Shown: in pieces, positions 56,192 to 64,000 of the stretch
How positions within the stretch are numbered: position 1 is the stretch's first letter
How the letters are laid out: each line of letters begins with the position of its first letter
Origin: Eledone cirrhosa
Taxonomy: Eukaryota
Direction: 5' to 3'
Assembly (NCBI GenBank): GCA_964016885.1
Contig: OZ024743.1
Coordinates: 107,570,001 to 107,634,000 of the forward strand
Length of the DNA: 64,000 nt
Position numbers and translations under genes: made by a program
Notes under the pieces: generated by a model
Databases searched by the model: none
Told to the model about the DNA's origin: nothing
Seen by the model: only the letters and a program-made list of their open reading frames with translations

Positions 56192-56194
<3 letters not shown>
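55036..56194 (-). mobile_element. PLE 3' fragment (GIY-YIG, 55302-55736) with an inverted pLTR (55737-56194 +), joined on the left to the terminal cap of the 33001 family
   Basis: CNYRDRG...CLTDRVIYRCTI...HYIGATSGPFKIRFRTH; inverted repeats 55146-55224/55931-56010 and 55242-55321/55736-55814. Confidence 0.85.
56101..56140 (+). ncRNA. Degenerate minimal hammerhead in the pLTR
   Basis: gccc-TTGAGAA-GCCCA-ac-TGGGC-GAAA-CGTACG-TA-ggtgc; palindromic stem III; the core could be read as U3-A8. Confidence 0.55.
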
Positions 56195-56262
<68 letters not shown>

Positions 56263-56305
56263 TTATATAGATATATATATATGTATTTATATAGATATAT
56301 ATATG

Positions 56306-56366
<61 letters not shown>

Positions 56367-56850
56367 TTATATTGATATATATATATGTATTTATATATAT
56401 ATATATATATGTATTTATATATATATACATATATATATATATGTATGAATATATATATATGTATGTATGTATATATATATATGTATGTATATATATATAT
56501 GTATGTATATATATATATGTATGTATATATATATATATATTTATAAATATATATATAAATACATATATATATATATATATATGCAGAGGTTATATTTAAT
56601 TTGTTGTGATTCAACAAGCTTAAACATTTTTCATAACTGATATAAAGCACTCAACAATTTATTGGAGTAAATATACAATTTAAATAAACCGTTATACCTT
56701 TTACCTTTCGGACACTCATTTGCATACTCAATCATAATGTTCTATCACCCTCAATAAATGTAATGTCTCCACTATCCAGGAAGCTCAAACGTTAAGGTTG
56801 TCTTTTTTTCGGGGTATATCAATATTTATTTATAAAACAAATCTGTATTG

Positions 56851-56916
56851 TATTTTTTCTGATGAAAGCGCACCATAATTTGCCTTGGTGGCCCTTGAAA
56901 TATGTATAATAAAATA
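56851..56916 (+). ncRNA. Minimal type I hammerhead-like motif in a (TA)n-flanked island
   Basis: TATTTTTT-CTGATGA-AAGCGCACCA...TGGTGGCCCTT-GAAA-TATGTA-TA-ATAAAATA. Confidence 0.55.
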
Positions 56917-56954
56917 AATATGGTTTTATAAATTTAGTTTCCATTTGTTAATAT

Positions 56955-57030
<76 letters not shown>

Positions 57031-57034
57031 CATA

Positions 57035-57076
<42 letters not shown>

Positions 57077-57078
57077 CA

Positions 57079-57122
<44 letters not shown>

Positions 57123-57124
57123 CA

Positions 57125-57171
<47 letters not shown>

Positions 57172-57423
57172 TTATATACATACATATTTATATATATATA
57201 TATATGTGCAGTCATATATATATATACATGTATTATATATCTATTTGCTTGTTGGGGTCTGATTGTGTACGTAATATATCAAATAATGTATCTCTTTCTC
57301 TCTGAATATTTCTCTCTATAAATAAATAGATAAATAAATAAATACACATACACACACGCACACATAAATATATATACATATGTATGTATATATATGATAC
57401 ATTGTATATATATGTATATATAT

Positions 57424-57488
<65 letters not shown>

Positions 57489-57829
57489 TGTGTGTGTGTA
57501 TAATGTTTAAGCATGTATATTGTAACAGGAAAAGTGAGATTGATGAATATATAGATAGAAAGATATATATCAACTTCTCGCATTACCTTTTCATTTTAGC
57601 GTAGATTTATGTTTGTGTGCGTGTGTGTTTGTTTGTGTTCATGTGCGTGTGTACGTGAGTAAGTGTGTGTGTGTGTGTTTAATCATTTTGCGTAAAAGTT
57701 TACCCTTTCATTATCCTTTCCATTTTAATTCCATTTGCTGAATGCTCGATTACTTATATATTATATAATGTAATATATAATACATATTATATATGCATGA
57801 TGTATATATACATGTGTGTGTAGGTGTAA

Positions 57830-57906
<77 letters not shown>

Positions 57907-58134
57907 TGATGTATATATACGTGTGTGTGTGTGTATAGGTGTAAATATATATATAAATATATTGATTTCCAATCTAAACTCAACAACTGCTCTCAAATAT
58001 AAACATTTATGAACAATAGTAAACACGCAGTGGATGATAAATATGTGGCGAGTCATATATATCATCAGTACACACATAAATATATATTAATATTGATAAA
58101 TGTATAATATGCATACATGTATATGTATATATTT

Positions 58135-58228
<94 letters not shown>

Positions 58229-58321
58229 GCATGTATGTAAAGAGTGAAACGTGCGTTTATTTGCTTAAACTTTAATCTGTTATTTTAATATATATATTTA
58301 ATATATATTTAATATATATAT

Positions 58322-58366
<45 letters not shown>

Positions 58367-58490
58367 GTATATATATATTTATATATATGTATATATATAT
58401 ATATATACATACATATATATATTTATATATATATATTGAAGTATGTCTGTATGTGCGTGTGTGTGTGCACCAGTTCAATTACATTGATTC

Positions 58491-58558
<68 letters not shown>

Positions 58559-58673
58559 AAATATATAGGCTGGAAGTAAAATTATATACTTTTCACCTAT
58601 ACCTTCATACATACATCCACACAAACACGCATCCTCCCACCCATCAAACACACTGTCACACACACACACACAT

Positions 58674-58741
<68 letters not shown>

Positions 58742-59086
58742 ACATATATATATATCGATATAAGTATGTATGTATATAAATGTATGCACATAAAGTAATC
58801 TATTGCACGTTTATTATCGACATAGCAAAATATAAATTAGAATTGGTAATCAGTTGGAAAGAAAGTTTAACCCACCTGGAAAATATCCATTACCGTGATA
58901 CTAATTTACCAATATTGGAAGATTGTTTTCTCTATTGATGTTACTACTATTGAAATAGCAATCAGTTTCAGACTTTTTATTGTCTTTGTCCACTTATATA
59001 CACGTATATTCATCGCAATTTAGTTATATCTACATAGATAGATACATAAATACATAAATACATATACATACATACATATATAGATT

Positions 59087-59134
<48 letters not shown>

Positions 59135-59141
59135 CACACAA

Positions 59142-59172
<31 letters not shown>

Positions 59173-59365
59173 CATATAGTTATATCTACATATATAAATT
59201 CAGTATGTATATATATATATATATATATGTATATATAGAAACATGCTAACATGCTTACGTATATAGATATATGTGAATAGGTATCAATTCATGTATATTT
59301 GAAGAGATATGCAAATGCAGGTATGTATATATATATATATATATATATGTGGGTGTGTGTGTGTG

Positions 59366-59480
<115 letters not shown>

Positions 59481-59513
59481 TTATGTATGTATATATATAT
59501 ACATACCTGCATT

Positions 59514-59550
<37 letters not shown>

Positions 59551-59551
59551 C

Positions 59552-59761
59552 AACGAGTAGGACCCCGACGGCTGAGCTCAAGCCGTTTCGACGGCTAATT
59601 CTGGACTAAAAATAGTCCAGAATTAGTCCAGAATTAGCCGTCGAAACGGCTTGAGCTCAGCCGTCGGGGTCCTACTCGTTCCTATTACCCACTCTACTAC
59701 TCTAAGTACTATGTACTTTGGTGCGTTATGGTCCATCTGGTTCCTTACCACATTTCCTTCG

Positions 59762-59763
<2 letters not shown>
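59552..59763. mobile_element. (TA)n-flanked foldback element (57-bp arms) plus an 83-bp tail; right arm carries an HHR 3' half
   Basis: Arms 59552-59608 and 59624-59680; GAAA-CGGC-ttgagctca-GCCG-TC. Confidence 0.85.
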
Positions 59764-59835
<72 letters not shown>

Positions 59836-60079
59836 GAAATTTCTATACATATTGTATTAAGTTATGCTTTAAATGAAATCTTATTTCTTTTCATATGTAT
59901 ATATATATATATTTAGAGGGAGAAAGGGGGGAGAGAGAGAGAGAGTGTGATGCGGCGACAAAAGAGACAACTAATCATGGGATTATACAATTCGTGGGGA
60001 GATGCGGTTCCGACCTGTATGTTGAGCATGACTATCTGACCACATAAGCCGAATATGCTTGGCGACGCAGTCGTGATTT

Positions 60080-60115
<36 letters not shown>

Positions 60116-60159
60116 ATACTTGGGGAGGGTCATATTGATGTAATAATATTGCCAGAATT

Positions 60160-60343
60160 AATAACTGCTTCTAGTTTTTGGCACAAGGCGAGCAAATACC
60201 CAGTGTATTACTGGTACTTTATTTTATCGACCCCATAAGGATGAAAGGCAAAGTTAACCTCGGCGGGATTTGAACTCATAATGGCAAGGGCCGTAACTCT
60301 ATGCGTCAAAGCATGGCGTCCGACCCTCTACCGATACTTTGCC
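60160..60343 (-). mobile_element. Nin/Deu-core SINE
   Basis: Core, B box and A box present as reverse complement. Confidence 0.9.
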
Positions 60344-60444
60344 AGAAATAATAACAGAACACAGTCACTGTTTGGTTGGTTTTCTCTTCTGTATAGACTA
60401 TATATATATACCTATATATGTGTGTGTGTGTATGTATGTGCGTG

Positions 60445-60547
<103 letters not shown>

Positions 60548-61188
60548 TCAGTTCGCCTGACTTTGTACTACCCTCACACTGCTCCAATTTCCTGCGTCAC
60601 TCCCCTACCTCCTTTTCTATTTTCGTTTTTTCAATCTGTTAACTTCCTATCCTAATTTTTCCAAACTCTTCGTATGTCTATCTGTTCTTTTCCGAACTTT
60701 CCTTAACTTTGACTTCTGTCTGAAACGCTGAAACATTCTCTAAATCTTCCAAGAGTGAACCTAATATAAGTGTGTAATTTTGCTACGTTTACATACGCTC
60801 ATACACTGTGACACTCAGACATGGAAAGAAGCCACGCAGCTGCTCACGCTCACACTCTCTCCACAAACACTCAGGCACGCACACATGCAATGCCTGCGCA
60901 GTCACACACACTTATTTATATGGACAGAATATTTTCGCAATTTTTTGAAATTTTTATTCACTTTCTTTTAATATGTGTGTTTCATTATGAGAAAGAAATT
61001 ATGCTAATTAGATAGTTAATTAGCTAAGTAAGTCTATCATAACTCATTCATGTACAAGTCTTAAAATAAACTTCACTTATAGCCTTTTCAAGGAAAATTC
61101 AAATAAATTTACTCGTTTTGTAAAATAGCGTCTACACCGAAGTAGTCATTTAGCCAAATATGATCATGCATAAAATTGTATGTCTTAA

Positions 61189-61380
61189 ATAATTGTTTCT
61201 ACTTTTGGCACAAGGCCACCAATTATCCCAGTGTATTACTGGTACGTTATTTTATCGACCCCGTAAGGATGAAAGGCAAAGTTAACCTCGGCGGGATTCG
61301 AACTCAGATCATAAAGGGCCGTAACTCTTTGCTGCAAAGCATGGCGTCCGACCCTCTACTGAAACTGCCAATTCACCGCC
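61189..61380 (-). mobile_element. Full-length Nin/Deu-core SINE
   Basis: Minus strand starts GGCGGTGAATTGGCAG; B box GAGTTCGAATCCC. Confidence 0.9.
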
Positions 61381-62188
61381 TTGCACGTCCTAAATAATGA
61401 AAGCTATTAACAACAGCAAGACGGACTCCATCAACAAAAAATATTTGAATCTTGATATGCATTGCCAGTTTGTCGAGTAATTCTAACTTGTGACATTTTC
61501 AAGCTAAATTTTAAATTACGTTACTCAAGTTACCTTAGAATCTGTCACTATCCTCGATGTGGAGGAGATCACGAGCGATCGATACAAAATATCTACTCTT
61601 GACAGAAAAATGGTGCAAATTACATAGCTTTCCTGCAGTCCTATACATCAGGCATGTCAAACTGAGGGTCCGCCGAGGGTCTAATAGGTCACATATGTGT
61701 TGTGTGAGGGCCACACCCGGCACTAATTGCGCACATTACAACAAATATTTTAAATTTTATATTACGAAGATAAAACATGCACAGAACCCACACTAAGACC
61801 AGCTTATTACATAACTGACAAGATTCTCAGTAAATAACGAATATCACTGAATAGATCATAAATATATTTCATGTATTTACATTTGTACAGTGAGACCATA
61901 ATTGCATCTTTCTAATCCAGTGACACTGGGTACCATTTCAAATCGAATCAAATATGTCATATAGCAGCTGCTTCCGTATATATATATATATATATATGTA
62001 CACGTATACATACACATATACCTACATACATAACCACAAACACACACACACACACACACACACGCACAGACACACACACACACATATATATATATATAAT
62101 AGAAAAAAACGAGGAAGTTTCGTTTACATTGTGTATCGACCCGTTAAGCGCGCTTCACCGAGAATTAGCACATGACATATCTTTTGTC

Positions 62189-62292
62189 GTATCACGAGTC
62201 TGAGGAGCAGATCGATACTGGAGTTGGGTTCATAACTCCTATGGGCGACATTGAGCCAATCCTCTGCGAAATGCGCGTACCATGTCGATACA
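62189..62292 (+). ncRNA. Hammerhead-like motif with an expanded stem II
   Basis: CTGAGGA (62200)-GCAGA-[51 nt incl. GGAGTT/AACTCC hairpin]-TCTGC-GAAA-TGCGCG-TA; stem I degenerate. Confidence 0.55.
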
Positions 62293-62405
62293 CAATAAAT
62301 ATTTGTTCATATTATATACACTCTGCTTGTGCACAGCGTGCTTGATTGGTACTAACACCAGTACTTCCCTGTACTACCTACTATATATATATATATATAT
62401 ATATA

Positions 62406-62644
62406 TTGTTATACTTTGGGAGGGTCATGTTGCCAATAAGAAACACACGCACCAGATGCTTTCACTTCAATTTATTATAATAAATTTATAAATTTAGGAA
62501 TTTATAAATTTATTATAATAAATTGAAGTGAAAGCAACTGGTGCGTGTGTTTCTTATTGGCAACATGACCCTCCCAAAGTATAACACTATCCGTTTCAAC
62601 GCACGTTTTCAGATAAAGAATCTTGCTAAATAAATTCTGAAACG

Positions 62645-62647
<3 letters not shown>
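62406..62647. mobile_element. Minimal foldback derivative of the 33001 PLE: two inverted caps plus a 60-bp tail
   Basis: Same left end and same right tail (TTTCAGATAAAGAATCTTGCTAAA...GAAACGAA) as 33001 and 38612-38670. Confidence 0.9.
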
Positions 62648-62688
<41 letters not shown>

Positions 62689-63229
62689 AAGAGGAATAGA
62701 AAATGCAACTGGTCTTTTAAGAATATTTATTTATTTAGTTTACCGGTTTCACATTTCTTATGCTTTTCAAAAATAAAATTGAGATGGATGGTTTGTGTTT
62801 CTTTTGTGGTTTGTATATTTTCGGCTGATAGCAACACAGCCACAAGATCTGATATTTAGTTGAATAAACAACCCTAGACAAACAGCAGTAAATTACTGGG
62901 GAAAATGGTGCAATGGACGTCACTGATAGATCCAAAAAAGCTCTCGCAACCTAGCTGGGAGGAAATCTGTAAAGGCTGCCTCGAAAAAACATACTTTTCT
63001 TGGGTCTGGCGTGCATCATTGCAATATGATCGAAAACAATAAAGGAATCATATCGCATCGTCTTTCTCGTAGGATAATAAGAGCTGCGTTCAGGCTTAAT
63101 ATACAAAAAACATAATGCACTCACAATCCAACGGTGCAAGGAATGGCAATGGGCTTGCACCTTGTGTTCAAATGCATCGAATGGATGCACACATGCTGCG
63201 AATTCCAAGAGCCCACAATGGGCCCGGAT

Positions 63230-64000
63230 ATGAGTAAACCTTGACAATTAGTAACTTGTAAAGAACAGGAACTAGCAGAGGAGGCCAGATGCTAACGGAT
63301 ATATGTAGTCTGTGTTTCCTAAACATGGTTCTGTGGCTCTTTTACTGTAGATTTGGATGCAAGTTCAAAATTCCACTATTTTGGTGCGGTGGCAGAAATG
63401 ACTGCACAAGCCCGCAACAGTCAGAATGTGTCATACGCTGGATTCCATTTGGCGGGGAGGTCCTCATGTAGCTTAGGCTGAGAGAAAGATCCCTATAGGT
63501 GGTGCAGGTTTATGCGCCAAACACAGCGTATGAATACAGATCTTTCCTTGGTGCAGTCACTTCAATGTTATATGTAGTTAAGGATGAGTGATAAATCCAA
63601 ATAGGAGACATCATTCATTATGTTGGATTTGATTAGCTGATATGAAAAGTAAGTGATTGGAAGGAACGGCGATGTCGATCAAAATACGAATGGAGAGGCC
63701 TTATTAGAAATGCGTTGAAGTAATGATCACCTTCTATCACAAAAATATCCATTAATACCCATGGTATTAGGGCAATCAGGTATTGATCGATACTTAATTT
63801 GTTTTATTATCTCTGATTTCTTTGATTCTGTGCTGGTTGTTAGTGATAAAAGAAGCGCTGGCAGTCTACTAATCACCATCTAGTTATCTGCAGCCTCAGA
63901 ACACTTAAAGTGAAGAAAATGTATAAAATGTACAGGTGCTGCTTGACTAACCTGATACGACTAGGTTCGTGGATTCTATTGCACCCAAATTTAGTGAGCC
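63230..64000 (+). pseudogene. Degenerate RTE-clade LINE APE endonuclease
   Basis: Manual translation KEQELAEEAR, VVQVYAPN, VIGRNGDVDQNTNGEALL and STNHHLVIC, with many stops. Confidence 0.75.

Noticed and set aside
62951-63247. 98-aa minus-strand ORF
   Set aside because: No recognisable motif; lies antisense to the probable 5' region of the RTE relic

Overview
AT-rich, microsatellite-saturated animal genomic DNA. The SINE families and the (TA)n/(CA)n density suggest an octopus or other coleoid cephalopod; that assignment is inference. I cannot support any host protein-coding gene: almost all listed ORFs are microsatellite or minisatellite artefacts. The real content is retroelements and repeats: several Penelope-like elements (PLEs; RT plus GIY-YIG), a Vingi/Ingi-like 3' end, an R4/Dong-like RLE LINE, an RTE APE relic, a LINE 5' half (Myb/SANT-like plus CCCH ORF1, APE), many tRNA-derived SINEs and a 7.7 kb 36-bp minisatellite. 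Three signals stand out. (1) About a dozen hammerhead-ribozyme (HHR) motifs, including a ~320-bp tandem retrozyme-like array whose HHRs carry the compensatory U3-A8 core. (2) One PLE 3' terminal 'cap' abutting (TA)n and fused to unrelated cargo, including a LINE that keeps its 5' end but lacks its RT. (3) A recurrent (TA)n-arm-foldback-arm-tail-(TA)n architecture in unrelated families, in two cases pivoting in HHR stem II. All structures were read by eye and none was computed; coordinates of degenerate repeats are approximate.
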